NCBI GenBank assembly: GCA_021800365.1
Contig: JAJYZA010000003.1
Coordinates: 6,182 to 70,181, forward strand
Direction: 5' to 3'
Origin: Nanobdellota archaeon
GTDB lineage: Archaea > Nanobdellota > Nanobdellia > Parvarchaeales > Parvarchaeaceae
Length of the DNA: 64,000 nt
A program made the position numbers and the translations under genes. Position 1 is the first letter of the stretch; every line of letters starts with the position of its first letter. Positions 48,293-58,120 of this stretch are shown piece after piece. The notes beneath the pieces were generated by a model, which was given only the letters and a program-made list of their open reading frames with translations, did not search any database and was not told where the DNA came from.

Positions 48293-49078
48293 ATGGCGAA
48301 AGTTTTGTCTTTAGACAATAAAAGCTACACAGAGATGGAGCTTCCGAATGTATTCAACCAAAAAGTCGATCCTGATTTCTTGAAGAGAGCCTATCTTGCA
48401 GAAGAATCAAGCAAATTTCAGTTAAAGTATACGGATCCATTAGCAGGTAAGAGAAAGGCGGCAGAGTTGACAAAAAGGAGACGGGCTTATAAGACTACTT
48501 ACGGTCATCAGCACGACAGAACACCTAGAAAAACACTTTCTCACATAGGTACAAGCTTTTCCTTTGCCGGCGCAGTCGCTCCGCAAACCGTCGGGGGGCG
48601 AGAAGCGCACCCGCCAAAACCGGAACACATAATTGCAAAGAAATTGAACAAGAAAGAGAAAGTGTTGGCGATAAAGATGGGGATTGCAGCATCTGTCAAT
48701 AAAGATGCGGTTTCTAAATTTCACAATGTAAAAGACATATCGGTGTTACCGCTTATAGTAGACGACGGCATAAATAAAATATCAAAGACAAAAGAAGCAG
48801 TGGAGGCAATCGGTAAAATTGGGCTTTCAGAAGAACTTTCAAGGATAATGAAAAGGCGAATAAGGGCAGGGAGAGGAAAGATGAGAGGCAGGAGATATAA
48901 GAAAAAACTAGGGCCGGTGTTAGTGACGACAGATACCACGATGGTAGAAAGAGCCCTTTCGAATATTAATTTTACCGTTAAAAAACCGAATGCCTTAACT
49001 ATATCTGACGTAACGCATGCAGGTATGCCAGGCCGCCTGATTATATGGACTAAAAGTGCAGTAGAATCATTAAAGTGA
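48293..49078 (+). CDS. rpl4: 50S ribosomal protein L4
   Basis: GGREAHPPK, RAGRGKMRGR, PGRLIIWT. Confidence 0.95.
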   Translation: MAKVLSLDNKSYTEMELPNVFNQKVDPDFLKRAYLAEESSKFQLKYTDPLAGKRKAAELTKRRRAYKTTYGHQHDRTPRKTLSHIGTSFSFAGAVAPQTVGGREAHPPKPEHIIAKKLNKKEKVLAIKMGIAASVNKDAVSKFHNVKDISVLPLIVDDGINKISKTKEAVEAIGKIGLSEELSRIMKRRIRAGRGKMRGRRYKKKLGPVLVTTDTTMVERALSNINFTVKKPNALTISDVTHAGMPGRLIIWTKSAVESLK

Positions 49079-49082
49079 AAAT

Positions 49083-49346
49083 ATGGAAGAAAATATAAAA
49101 AATATAATAAGTATACAGAGCAGTGAAAAAGCAACTCGACTTATGCAAGAGCAGAACAAATTATCTTTTGTTGTATCAAAGGGTTCAAACAAAATAGAAA
49201 TTAAAAAAGAAATAGAAACACTCTTCAGTGTGAAGGTGGCCAAGATAAATATAGTCAATAAAATGGATGGGCAAAAAATTGCTATTGTAAAGCTTAAGGT
49301 GGAAAACAGCGCAATGGATTTAGCAACTAAGCTAGGACTTGTTTAA
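49083..49346 (+). CDS. rpl23: 50S ribosomal protein L23
   Basis: SEKA..NKLSFVV...K.EIE.LF.VKV. Confidence 0.93.
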   Translation: MEENIKNIISIQSSEKATRLMQEQNKLSFVVSKGSNKIEIKKEIETLFSVKVAKINIVNKMDGQKIAIVKLKVENSAMDLATKLGLV

Positions 49347-49437
49347 AGGACTTGTATAAAACTAATGTAAGTCTTTAGGATCAGTAATTATAGGCTAAAT
49401 ATCTACAGGTTAGTTTACGCTGGCAACGTAATAAACA

Positions 49438-49445
49438 TTTTTAAA
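49438..49445 (+). promoter_or_regulatory. Putative TATA box restarting transcription at rnp1
   Basis: TTTTTAAA about 23-30 nt before the ATG at 49468, in a 121-nt gap. Confidence 0.4.
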
Positions 49446-49467
49446 CACCAATTTTCTTAAATACCTA

Positions 49468-49677
49468 ATGTTAATCGGGAAAACTGTATATACAAAGGAG
49501 AGGGATACAAAAGGTCTTGTTATAGATGAGACTAAGAATACCCTGCTTATAGATGAAAATGGCAAAATTAAAAGGATTATAAAGGATAAAAACAGATTTG
49601 TTGTCTATACAGATGGAAAAACAATTAAAATACGAGGTAGCGATATCGTAATGAGGCCATGGGAGTATGCAGTATAA
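49468..49677 (+). CDS. rnp1: RNase P protein component 1 (Rpp29/Pop4)
   Basis: LIG...GLVIDETKNTL...RP; canonical position before S17. Confidence 0.88.
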   Translation: MLIGKTVYTKERDTKGLVIDETKNTLLIDENGKIKRIIKDKNRFVVYTDGKTIKIRGSDIVMRPWEYAV

Positions 49678-49978
49678 CGATTTAGTAAAGCCAGAAGCGC
49701 AATGTAACGATACGAACTGCCCATACCACGGGTTGCTTAAAGTACACGGGAGGCGATTTGAAGGCATTGTCACGTCTGCAAAAATGCACAAGACTGCAGC
49801 TGTTGCCTGGACTAGATACAGGCGTTTGAAAAAATATGACAGATTTATGAAAGAGCGTACAAAAGTATTAGCTTATAACCCAGAATGTATAAATGCAAAG
49901 TTGAATGACCGAGTGGTGATATATGAAACTAGGCCATTAAGTAGGTGGAAGCATTTCGTTATAGTGAGGAAATTATAA
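49667..49978 (+). CDS. rps17: 30S ribosomal protein S17
   Basis: CNDTNCPYHG, SAKMHKT, ETRPLSRWKHF. Confidence 0.95.
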   Translation: MQYNDLVKPEAQCNDTNCPYHGLLKVHGRRFEGIVTSAKMHKTAAVAWTRYRRLKKYDRFMKERTKVLAYNPECINAKLNDRVVIYETRPLSRWKHFVIVRKL

Positions 49979-49979
49979 A

Positions 49980-50411
49980 ATGGGAACGGGAAGAAAAGGC
50001 GCAGGACTTAAGCCGATGAGGGCCGAGATTGCTAAGTCTATAAATGTCGGGAGTTGGATAAATGTTGCGGATAATTCCGGTGCAAAGATTGCAAAGGTTG
50101 TAAATATCAAAAGTTATCATGGTGTAAAAGATCGGCAGCCACGATGCGGTGTCGGAGATACGGTGTTTGTAGTCGTTAAACGCGGATCACCGGATACAGT
50201 GCATAAAAAGTTTTCTGCCGTGATAGTAAGGCAACGAAAACCATTTAGGCGTCATGACGGCCTAAGAGTAGCATTTGAAGACAATGCGTGTGCCATAGTA
50301 AAGGATATAGAGAAGTATGAACCGCAAGGTACAATATTAAGAGGGCCCATCCCAAGGGAGATATCTATCCGCTTCCCGCACATAACAAAAATAGCGTCAA
50401 AAATAATATGA
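49980..50411 (+). CDS. rpl14: 50S ribosomal protein L14
   Basis: ADNSGAK, AVIVRQRKPFRR.DG..VAFEDNA. Confidence 0.95.
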   Translation: MGTGRKGAGLKPMRAEIAKSINVGSWINVADNSGAKIAKVVNIKSYHGVKDRQPRCGVGDTVFVVVKRGSPDTVHKKFSAVIVRQRKPFRRHDGLRVAFEDNACAIVKDIEKYEPQGTILRGPIPREISIRFPHITKIASKII

Positions 50412-50782
50412 AAGCCGTATCAAGCAAGAGTCCTAGAAAACAGAGAAAATATAGATTTCTCGCTCCGTTGCACGTCAAAAGACGTCTTCTCTCAGCACAT
50501 CTCTCAAAAGAGCTTAGAGCCGCTTATAATACAAGAAACATACCGATAAGAAAAGGGGATTCCATTGTCGTAATGCGTGGTAAATTTAAAGGAACCGAAG
50601 GAAAGATCGATAAAGTTTATACAAAATATTCAAAAGTCAGCGTAGACACTATAAAAACTACCACAAAGAAAGGTAATAAGGTACCTTTTAAGCTAAGGCC
50701 GTCAGCTTTAATGATAAAAGAACTAAATTTGATTGATAATTGGAGGGTTAAGAAACTTAAGGAATATGGCGCGACACGGTGA
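50408..50782 (+). CDS. rpl24: 50S ribosomal protein L24
   Basis: SKSPRKQRK..APLH, IRKGD..VMRGKFKG. Confidence 0.95.
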   Translation: MKAVSSKSPRKQRKYRFLAPLHVKRRLLSAHLSKELRAAYNTRNIPIRKGDSIVVMRGKFKGTEGKIDKVYTKYSKVSVDTIKTTTKKGNKVPFKLRPSALMIKELNLIDNWRVKKLKEYGATR

Positions 50783-51428
50783 ATCAAAACACTTCAAAAG
50801 AAGCGTAGTAACTAGGGCAGTAGTTATCCCAAGGAAAAAATACAAATATTATATTAGACCTTTTCCAGGTAAGCACAAAAACTCAGAGGGAATAGCTCTT
50901 CTGGGGGTACTAAGAGATGTAATGAAAGTGGCGAATAACTCTAAGGAAGCAAGTTATCTAATAAGTGAAGGCCACGTCATGGTGGATGAAAAGATAGTAC
51001 GAGAAGATAAATATAATGTTGGTTTCGGAGACCTAATAGATATAAACGGAGAAAAGTTTAAAGTGGAAATAAACGACAAAGGCAAACTCGTAGTTGCTAA
51101 TGATGACTCCGATCACAAAGTTAAGCAACTGAAAATAATGTCACAAGGAAAATTTAAAGGTGGAAAAACCGTATTAAGAATGAATGATGGCCGCAATATA
51201 ATCTCCGATCGAAATGATATTCAAATCGGCGATACCGTAACTCTAAACTTAAAAAATAACACGATAGAAAAAACTATCCCATTTGAACAGGGCAGACAAG
51301 CGATTGTATTCCGTGGGAAAAACGCCGGCCGCATAGGAAAGATAATAAAAATAGATGGTGATAACGTTGAGCTAGAGAAAGAAGGCAGTTCATTTATAGT
51401 ATCTGCGAGGTCGTGCTTTGTATTATAA
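50766..51428 (+). CDS. rps4e: 30S ribosomal protein S4e
   Basis: HFKR...RPFPGKH, LRDV, GKNAGRIG; ATG at 50766. Confidence 0.93.
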   Translation: MARHGESKHFKRSVVTRAVVIPRKKYKYYIRPFPGKHKNSEGIALLGVLRDVMKVANNSKEASYLISEGHVMVDEKIVREDKYNVGFGDLIDINGEKFKVEINDKGKLVVANDDSDHKVKQLKIMSQGKFKGGKTVLRMNDGRNIISDRNDIQIGDTVTLNLKNNTIEKTIPFEQGRQAIVFRGKNAGRIGKIIKIDGDNVELEKEGSSFIVSARSCFVL

Positions 51429-51430
51429 CT

Positions 51431-51940
51431 ATGGAAAACCCAATGCGAGAAATAAGAATTGAAAAGATCACCTTAAATGTAGGTGTAGGGGAGCCTGGAG
51501 ATAAACTGGAGAAGGTAAGCGGATTGTTGCAGCAAATTTCAGGTGCAAAACCCGCAAAGACCACTACAAAAAAACGCATACCGGAATGGAATATCAGACC
51601 AGGTCTTGAGATCGGTGTAAAGGTTACATTAAGGGGACAAAAAGCAGAAGACCTACTGAAAAGACTTTTTGCATCCGTAGAAAACAAATTATCCAAATCA
51701 AATTTTGATGAGCACGGAAACTTGGCTTTTGGCATTTCTGAATATGTACATATCCCCGGAGCGAAGTATGACTATACTGTTGGTATAATAGGCATTTCAG
51801 TCGCAATAACTCTTCAAAGAAGAGGCTATTCGATATCGAGAAAGCGTATACCTGCCGAGATAGGGAGGTCGCATTTGATAAAGAAAGATGAGGCCGTAGA
51901 ATTTATAAAAAACAAATATAAGGTTACAGTAAACGCTTAA
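51431..51940 (+). CDS. rpl5: 50S ribosomal protein L5
   Basis: NPMREIRIEKITLNVGVG, IGVKVTLRG, FDEHGNLAFGI. Confidence 0.95.
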   Translation: MENPMREIRIEKITLNVGVGEPGDKLEKVSGLLQQISGAKPAKTTTKKRIPEWNIRPGLEIGVKVTLRGQKAEDLLKRLFASVENKLSKSNFDEHGNLAFGISEYVHIPGAKYDYTVGIIGISVAITLQRRGYSISRKRIPAEIGRSHLIKKDEAVEFIKNKYKVTVNA

Positions 51941-51941
51941 A

Positions 51942-52178
51942 ATGGAAACCGCTTTTGAAAGAATTGCAAAAACACTGAAAGGTAAACCGGTAAAATATAA
52001 TCGATTTATAAAATTTAGTAGTCATAAAATACAGCCGCACGATGCCAGATCTAGAAAATGCATACGTTGTAATCGACCAGAGGCGCATATTGGAATACAT
52101 GGACTTAACTACTGCAGACAATGTTTTAGAGAAGTCGCTAAAGACATAGGCTTTAGAAAATACGGAAAGGAGGCTTGA
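51942..52178 (+). CDS. rps14: 30S ribosomal protein S14 (Zn type) with N-terminal extension
   Basis: CIRC...CRQCFREVA..IGF.KY. Confidence 0.92.
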   Translation: METAFERIAKTLKGKPVKYNRFIKFSSHKIQPHDARSRKCIRCNRPEAHIGIHGLNYCRQCFREVAKDIGFRKYGKEA

Positions 52179-52183
52179 TTGTT

Positions 52184-52570
52184 ATGTCGGATAGTTTATC
52201 AAATGTTTTTAATATAATTAATGTTGCTAGAAAGAACGGTAAAAAAACCTGTGTGGTTAGTCCAGTCTCCCGTTTTCTTATAAAGATACTTGATATCGTA
52301 AAGAATAATGATTACATAAAAAAGTACGAGATAATAAATGATTCGAGAGGCGGATTTGTAAAAATAGAACTGAGCGATGACCTTAATGAGTGCAAAGCTA
52401 TAAGGCCGCGACTACCTATAAAAGCGGAGGAAGTAACCAAATATGAAAAAAGGTATTTGCCTTCTCTAGGCTTCGGCTTAATCATATTATCAACAAATAA
52501 GGGGCTTATGACAAATAATGAAGCAAAACAATTAAGGGTCGGGGGCACATTAATCGCATATGTCTACTAA
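52184..52570 (+). CDS. rps8: 30S ribosomal protein S8
   Basis: DSLSN, CKAIRPR, EKRYLPS..FG.IILSTNKG. Confidence 0.95.
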   Translation: MSDSLSNVFNIINVARKNGKKTCVVSPVSRFLIKILDIVKNNDYIKKYEIINDSRGGFVKIELSDDLNECKAIRPRLPIKAEEVTKYEKRYLPSLGFGLIILSTNKGLMTNNEAKQLRVGGTLIAYVY

Positions 52571-53081
52571 ATTCAAGGTTGATGTATCGGCTGCCGATGT
52601 AACTGCTTCTGGTACCACAATCACAGTTAAGGGAAAACTCGGAGAGTTAAAAACGGAGATCAGATATCCATTTCTTCACTTAAAACATGAAGGGAACATC
52701 TTATACATAGAAACTGATAAAAATGTAGCTTATCAAAAAGCAATAGCAGGCACACTAGCTGCAGGCGTTAAAAATATGATAAAAGGCGTAAATGAGAAGT
52801 ATACCGCGGAACTAGAACTGATTTACATGCATTTTCCCGCAACGGTTAAAATAAATGGAAATAAGCTTATAGTAGAGAACTTCGTCGGCGAGAGAAAACC
52901 TAGAGAGATCCCCCTACCGAAGGATGTCGAGGTTAAGGTCAACGGTACCAAAATAAAAATATCCGGTATAGATAGGTATAGCGTAGGACAGATCGCCGGC
53001 TCGATAGAAAGTAAGATACAGATAAAAAATAAAGATAGACGTGTATTTAAAGACGGCATATTTATAACTAAAAAGCCTTGA
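52560..53081 (+). CDS. rpl6: 50S ribosomal protein L6
   Basis: VKGKLG, YMHFP, NFVGE, DRRVFKDGIFI. Confidence 0.95.
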   Translation: MSTKFKVDVSAADVTASGTTITVKGKLGELKTEIRYPFLHLKHEGNILYIETDKNVAYQKAIAGTLAAGVKNMIKGVNEKYTAELELIYMHFPATVKINGNKLIVENFVGERKPREIPLPKDVEVKVNGTKIKISGIDRYSVGQIAGSIESKIQIKNKDRRVFKDGIFITKKP

Positions 53082-53083
53082 AC

Positions 53084-53413
53084 ATGGAATTTATAAAACA
53101 CGATGCGAAAAAATTAAAGCGGGTTGGTTTGTCTTGGAGAAAACCGCGCGGTAGAAAGAATAAGACAAAAGTAGGTAAAAAGGGGCACAAGCCGTTACCT
53201 TCGAAGGGCTTTAAATCCGATTTGAAGACACGTGGAATGATAAATGGAAAAATCCCTCTTCTTGTTCATGCTATATCGGATATAGATAAAGCAAGTGAAG
53301 GAAACATAATCATAATCGGGAGAACGGTAGGCGTATTAAAGCGGAAGCGGTTGCTCGAGGCATGCGCATCTAAAAATTTACAGGTGGTGAATAACAATGA
53401 AAGGCGTACTTAA
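53084..53413 (+). CDS. rpl32e: 50S ribosomal protein L32e
   Basis: WRKPRG..NK, PSKGF, IGRTVG..KR. Confidence 0.9.
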   Translation: MEFIKHDAKKLKRVGLSWRKPRGRKNKTKVGKKGHKPLPSKGFKSDLKTRGMINGKIPLLVHAISDIDKASEGNIIIIGRTVGVLKRKRLLEACASKNLQVVNNNERRT

Positions 53414-53855
53414 GACGCAGCGGCGCCTAGCCAGCGATTTACTGAGTACTGGGGAGAATAAAGTGTGGATGGATCCTACAAAATACAAAGAAATTAAAGA
53501 AGCAATAACTAGAGAGGATGTGAAAAATCTTATTTCAAAAGGCGTTATAATAGAAAGAAAAACAAATGGACAGTCTCGCTCAAGAGCAAGGGCGGTGCAC
53601 AAAAAAACTAAAAAAGGACATAAAAAAGGTCCGGGTAGCAGAAAAGGAAAACACGCTGCTAGATCTAAGTTTGAGTGGAAAGACAAAGTTCGCGCACTTA
53701 GAAACGAGCTTTTCAAGCAGAGAAAAGCAGGTAAACTAGATAAAAAGCTTTTCAGAATAGTTTACAAAAAAATAAAGGGCAACGCGTTTCACAGCGTATC
53801 TCATATGAGAAATATAATCTTGGAGATGAAGAAGGTACAATATGAAAAGCAATAA
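53397..53855 (+). CDS. rpl19e: 50S ribosomal protein L19e
   Basis: QRRLASDLL..GENKVWMDP, AITREDV, GPGSRKG. Confidence 0.95.
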   Translation: MKGVLKTQRRLASDLLSTGENKVWMDPTKYKEIKEAITREDVKNLISKGVIIERKTNGQSRSRARAVHKKTKKGHKKGPGSRKGKHAARSKFEWKDKVRALRNELFKQRKAGKLDKKLFRIVYKKIKGNAFHSVSHMRNIILEMKKVQYEKQ

Positions 53856-54360
53856 GACAAAGACAAATTATAAAAAAAGACTCGCGCTGCTTAAATCTAG
53901 ACTTCCGCGGTTGGTTGTCCGTAAGACAAATAGTAGAATTATCAGTCAATTAATAGAATACTCAGAAAACGGTGACAAAACCCTATCTAGTGCATATGGA
54001 ACCGACCTAAAAAAATATGGTTGGAATTTTAGCAGCAAGAATATCCCTGCGGCATACCTTACAGGTTTTCTTTTAGGTACAAAAACTAGCCAGAAAGAGG
54101 CCATTTTGGATAAAGGAGAAAGGACGTTGAAAAAGGATAGTTTTGTATACTATTTTGTCAAGGGCGCGTTAGATGGTGGTTTGAAGGTACATGCGGGTGA
54201 ATTGCCAATATCATCCGATATAATGTATGGAATACATATAGCAAAGCATTACGAAACTAAAAAAGGAAACCAATTCCATTCTGTTGGTGATAAGATAAAA
54301 GGGATACGCGAAGAAATAAATAAGGTGGTTGATAACATAAAACAGCATGGAAAAGAATGA
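53842..54360 (+). CDS. rpl18: 50S ribosomal protein L18
   Basis: TNYKKRLALLKS..PRLVVRKTN, NIPAAYLTG. Confidence 0.95.
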   Translation: MKSNKTKTNYKKRLALLKSRLPRLVVRKTNSRIISQLIEYSENGDKTLSSAYGTDLKKYGWNFSSKNIPAAYLTGFLLGTKTSQKEAILDKGERTLKKDSFVYYFVKGALDGGLKVHAGELPISSDIMYGIHIAKHYETKKGNQFHSVGDKIKGIREEINKVVDNIKQHGKE

Positions 54361-55132
54361 AGACGGTGTAGCAACTAAGACTATTGAGAACAAGGCCATC
54401 GAAGAAATAAAATCTGAGATTGACACGTCAGTAAAAAGGAGTACGTCCGAAAATAAATCGGTGGCTTATACATTTAGAACCGAGCTGGGGAAAAGAGTTG
54501 CCTCCGGCGAAATAAGTGATATAGATGAGATAATAAGCAACAACCTAAAGGTGCTAGAACCACAAATAATAGATTATCTTTTACCTTCTTTACAAACGGA
54601 GTTTCTCTTTATAGGACAATCAAAAGGAAAACTTGGTGGTGGAAAAAGAAGAATCATAAGAAACACGCAGAAAGTAACTGCAAAAGCAAAACGTCAACAT
54701 TTCTCTGCCATGGCGGTCGTAGGGGATGGTAATGGCCATATAGGTGTAGGAAAAGGAAGCGCATTGGAGTCCGTAGTAGCGAAAGAAAAGGCTGCTAAAA
54801 AAGCGAAATTAAACCTAATAAAGATAAAACGTGGGTGTGGTAGCTGGGAGTGTGCATGTAGTACTCCGCACTCCATTCCATTTAAAGTAAGTGGAAAGAG
54901 CGGTTCAGTTATAGTAACGCTCGTCCCAGCTCCAAAAGGGATCGGGTTCTGCGTAGCTGATGATATAAAAACGTTACTTAAGCTAGCTGGCATAAAAGAT
55001 GTGTGGTCAAGAGTTGAGGGCCAGACAAGCACACGTATAAATCTTGGCTACGCATCATTCGAGGCATTGAAAAAACTCAGTGCTTATAGATTATTAAGCA
55101 ATGAAACTAAATCTCTTGGGCTCACAGGTTGA
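54347..55132 (+). CDS. rps5: 30S ribosomal protein S5
   Basis: VVGDGNGHIGVGKG, RGCGSWEC.C..PHSIPF, PAPKGIG. Confidence 0.96.
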   Translation: MEKNEDGVATKTIENKAIEEIKSEIDTSVKRSTSENKSVAYTFRTELGKRVASGEISDIDEIISNNLKVLEPQIIDYLLPSLQTEFLFIGQSKGKLGGGKRRIIRNTQKVTAKAKRQHFSAMAVVGDGNGHIGVGKGSALESVVAKEKAAKKAKLNLIKIKRGCGSWECACSTPHSIPFKVSGKSGSVIVTLVPAPKGIGFCVADDIKTLLKLAGIKDVWSRVEGQTSTRINLGYASFEALKKLSAYRLLSNETKSLGLTG

Positions 55133-55137
55133 TTTTT

Positions 55138-55587
55138 ATGGGAAAACTATGTGTGATAAAAATAAGATCCTCTCTTAAAAAGAGCGGTGGCGTGCAGACA
55201 GTGATTAAGAATCTAGGTTTAAACAAACTATACTCTTGTGTATTAATCGATGATACGCCCGCAAATATAGGGATGCTAAAAGTAGCAGATAATATACTTA
55301 CATATGGAGAAATAGACAAGGAAATGCTAAAGAAACTCCTCGTCAAAAGGGCGATGACAAGTATACGGAAGAAATACACAGTACAGAATTCGGAATACGA
55401 AATAGTAGCCGATAAATTAATGTCCAGTACCGCAAAACTCGCGGATATGGGCATAAGACGGGTATTCCATTTACATCCGCCTTACGGTGGTTTTGAAAGA
55501 AATGGTAAAAAAACTCCATTCTCTTTGAAAGGGGTATTTGGTTATAGGGGCACTGAAATAAATAAACTTTTAGTGAGGATGGCATGA
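55138..55587 (+). CDS. rpl30: 50S ribosomal protein L30
   Basis: GMLKV..ILTYGE, FHLHPPYGG, GYRGTEIN.LL.RM. Confidence 0.93.
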   Translation: MGKLCVIKIRSSLKKSGGVQTVIKNLGLNKLYSCVLIDDTPANIGMLKVADNILTYGEIDKEMLKKLLVKRAMTSIRKKYTVQNSEYEIVADKLMSSTAKLADMGIRRVFHLHPPYGGFERNGKKTPFSLKGVFGYRGTEINKLLVRMA

Positions 55588-55982
55588 AAAGGAAACATCT
55601 CAGGGGTAGCACAACCGCCGGAAGAGGGTACGGGAAAAGAGCTAGGCATGCTGGTAATAGAGGGGGCAGAGGTCGTGCGGGCGGTGGAAAACGCGGTCAG
55701 CAGAACATGATGTCCATAAGGGCACAGGAGCATAGATATGAACTTTCTAATCTGAAAAAAGTGCCACTGAATCTGAATCACATAACGGATATTCTAGGGT
55801 CTTTAGAGAAGAAAGATGCTTTGAAAAGAGAGGGTGATAAAATAATAATTGACCTCGCCAAATTGGGTTATACAAAGGTTTGCGGTCATTTTGGCCAAAA
55901 AAGAATTAAGCTCATAGTGCGAGGGCGCGCATCGGAAAAAGCGAGAAACGAAATAGTCTCTGCTGGCGGAGAAGTGGTATGA
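55584..55982 (+). CDS. rpl15: 50S ribosomal protein L15
   Basis: RGS.T.GRG..K..R.AGNRGGRG.AG, SEKA...I..AGG. Confidence 0.93.
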   Translation: MKRKHLRGSTTAGRGYGKRARHAGNRGGRGRAGGGKRGQQNMMSIRAQEHRYELSNLKKVPLNLNHITDILGSLEKKDALKREGDKIIIDLAKLGYTKVCGHFGQKRIKLIVRGRASEKARNEIVSAGGEVV

Positions 55983-57379
55983 ATGCACGGCTACAGGCAT
56001 TTATATCTAATCTGCCATCTGTTCCAGTTCCTGAAGAAAAGTTGAGTCTACGAACAAAGTTTGGATGGACATTTGCAATTCTTTTGTTATTCGTAGTGAT
56101 GTCATTTGTACCACTGTTTGGTGTAAGTAAGTCATATAGTCTAAACTTCGAAATACTTCAGGTGCTTATAGCATCTCACTTTGGCTCATTGATATCCTTA
56201 GGCATAGGTCCGATCGTGAGCGCAAGCATAATAATTCAGATGCTGCAGGGTACCGACATCATTCATATAGATACATCAACAAAGGAAGGCAGAATCATGT
56301 TTCAGGGTATACAAAAACTTGCGGCGGTAGCATTTGTAGCGATTGAAAATGGAGTGTACGTTTTCAGCGGTGCATTGGCGCCGGCCGGCCCAGGCTTAGC
56401 ATTTCCTATAATACTATTTGTACAGTTAATTTTAGCAGGGATAGTGCTTATCTTTATGGACGAAGTAGTCAGCAAGTGGGGTATAGGTTCTGGTATAAGT
56501 CTTTTCATACTTGCAGGTATAGCACTTCAGCTTGTAAATACAACGTTGAACCCTTTCGGATCCTTTCCCGGTGCAATACCACAGATAATCTCAGCGTTTA
56601 TGTCCGGTGCAATGAATAGTGCGTTATTACCGATAGTTTCGATAATATCAACAGTGGCTCTATTCGCAGTAGCAATCTGGTTACAGGGTGTAAAGGTAGA
56701 GTTACCTCTTTCGTTTGGAAGATTGAAGGGTTATGCTATTCGCTGGCCAGTAGCTCTTTTTTATACAAGCATAATCCCCATCGTGCTTGTAGTATCACTG
56801 GTAGCAGGGGTCCAATTTTTCGCGATGACGCTTTACAATATGGGTAATCCTATTCTGGGTACATTTACTTCCGCTTCAAGTCCGTTATTTGGGAATCAGC
56901 AAATCGCAACTGGCGGTCTTGCGGCACTTTTGTCTCCGCCAACGCTACAACAGCTTTACGTCAGTGCGACTACCACAGGAATAACAAGTCTCCAGATAGA
57001 ATCTATGGCAGTCTATACTCTAATATTGATCTTTGGAGCCGCAGCATTTTCATATATCTGGATGTATCTCGGAGCACAGGATCCAAAATCAGTTGCTAGA
57101 AAACTTATGGATTCTGGTTTATCTATGCCGGGGTTTAGGCGCGATGAACGTGTAATAACCGATATCTTAAAAAGATATATATTACCATTGGCAATAATCG
57201 GCGGCGCTCTTACCGGGTTAGTAGCGGCTCTAGCTACATTTTTGAATGCATTAACGGCGGGCATAGGTATACTGCTTGTTGTAATGATAATCTATCAGTT
57301 TTATAACTCATTAATGCAGGATAACGCCGCTGAATTTAGACCAATAAAGGAAAAACTAACCGGAGAAACGTTCGACTAA
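55979..57379 (+). CDS. secY: Preprotein translocase subunit SecY
   Basis: LGIGPIVSASII, SKWGIGSGISLFI, FYTSIIP, PGFRRD, GIGILL. Confidence 0.97.
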   Translation: MNARLQAFISNLPSVPVPEEKLSLRTKFGWTFAILLLFVVMSFVPLFGVSKSYSLNFEILQVLIASHFGSLISLGIGPIVSASIIIQMLQGTDIIHIDTSTKEGRIMFQGIQKLAAVAFVAIENGVYVFSGALAPAGPGLAFPIILFVQLILAGIVLIFMDEVVSKWGIGSGISLFILAGIALQLVNTTLNPFGSFPGAIPQIISAFMSGAMNSALLPIVSIISTVALFAVAIWLQGVKVELPLSFGRLKGYAIRWPVALFYTSIIPIVLVVSLVAGVQFFAMTLYNMGNPILGTFTSASSPLFGNQQIATGGLAALLSPPTLQQLYVSATTTGITSLQIESMAVYTLILIFGAAAFSYIWMYLGAQDPKSVARKLMDSGLSMPGFRRDERVITDILKRYILPLAIIGGALTGLVAALATFLNALTAGIGILLVVMIIYQFYNSLMQDNAAEFRPIKEKLTGETFD

Positions 57380-57380
57380 T

Positions 57381-58100
57381 ATGTCCATTGAGGGTTTACT
57401 CGTCATCTTAATCGCTATAGCAGTAGGCGTCTCTGGCCAGTTAGCATATCTCTTTATAGTTGATCATGAGATGGTGCGAGTAAGCAAGGGAAAGATAAAA
57501 GAGTTTCAACAGCAACTAAAAGCGCTAAAGCCGGGGGATGAAAATTTCAAGCCCTTATACTCGCAGCTAATGTCTGAGAATTCTAAGATAATGAAGCAGA
57601 CGATGAAACCTACGTTCGTTACTTTTGTGCCGTTTATAATAATATTCCTAATAATGTCCTCCTTCTTCAGTTACATACCAATGTCTGTTGGTTCGGTCAT
57701 ACAGACAACAATATCCGGTCCAGTAAACGGAACATTGATTTTTTCGAACGGCTGTATAACGATAAATAATAGTAGCGATATAACCTTGGCTTCCAAAAAT
57801 TTGCCGCTTCAAATGGCGGCAACTGTAAATTCCGGAGTATGCACAATGTTTTTGGTACAAAATGGCTCTAAAAGTAATATGTCTCTTTCTGGGTTAATCG
57901 GCTCAACTCAAACAAAGACATATAATGTCAATGGTGTTTCATTATCATTCAACCCGAATCCACTTATAATAGCAAATCTTCCGTTCAGCATTCCTCTGAT
58001 AGGTAATCAGATAAACTGGTTTTGGGCATATCTTATATTTTCGCTTATATCCTCTTTGACTTTGAATAGGGTTTTGCTTCACTATAAATTAATCGCTTGA
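57381..58100 (+). CDS. DUF106 (EMC3/TMCO1, Oxa1-superfamily) membrane protein with an inserted extracellular segment
   Basis: TM1, coiled coil, MKPTFVTFVP, then NWFWAYLIFS; canonical position after secY. Confidence 0.85.
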   Translation: MSIEGLLVILIAIAVGVSGQLAYLFIVDHEMVRVSKGKIKEFQQQLKALKPGDENFKPLYSQLMSENSKIMKQTMKPTFVTFVPFIIIFLIMSSFFSYIPMSVGSVIQTTISGPVNGTLIFSNGCITINNSSDITLASKNLPLQMAATVNSGVCTMFLVQNGSKSNMSLSGLIGSTQTKTYNVNGVSLSFNPNPLIIANLPFSIPLIGNQINWFWAYLIFSLISSLTLNRVLLHYKLIA

Positions 58101-58120
58101 AAGTCCAGCGTATCGTAACA

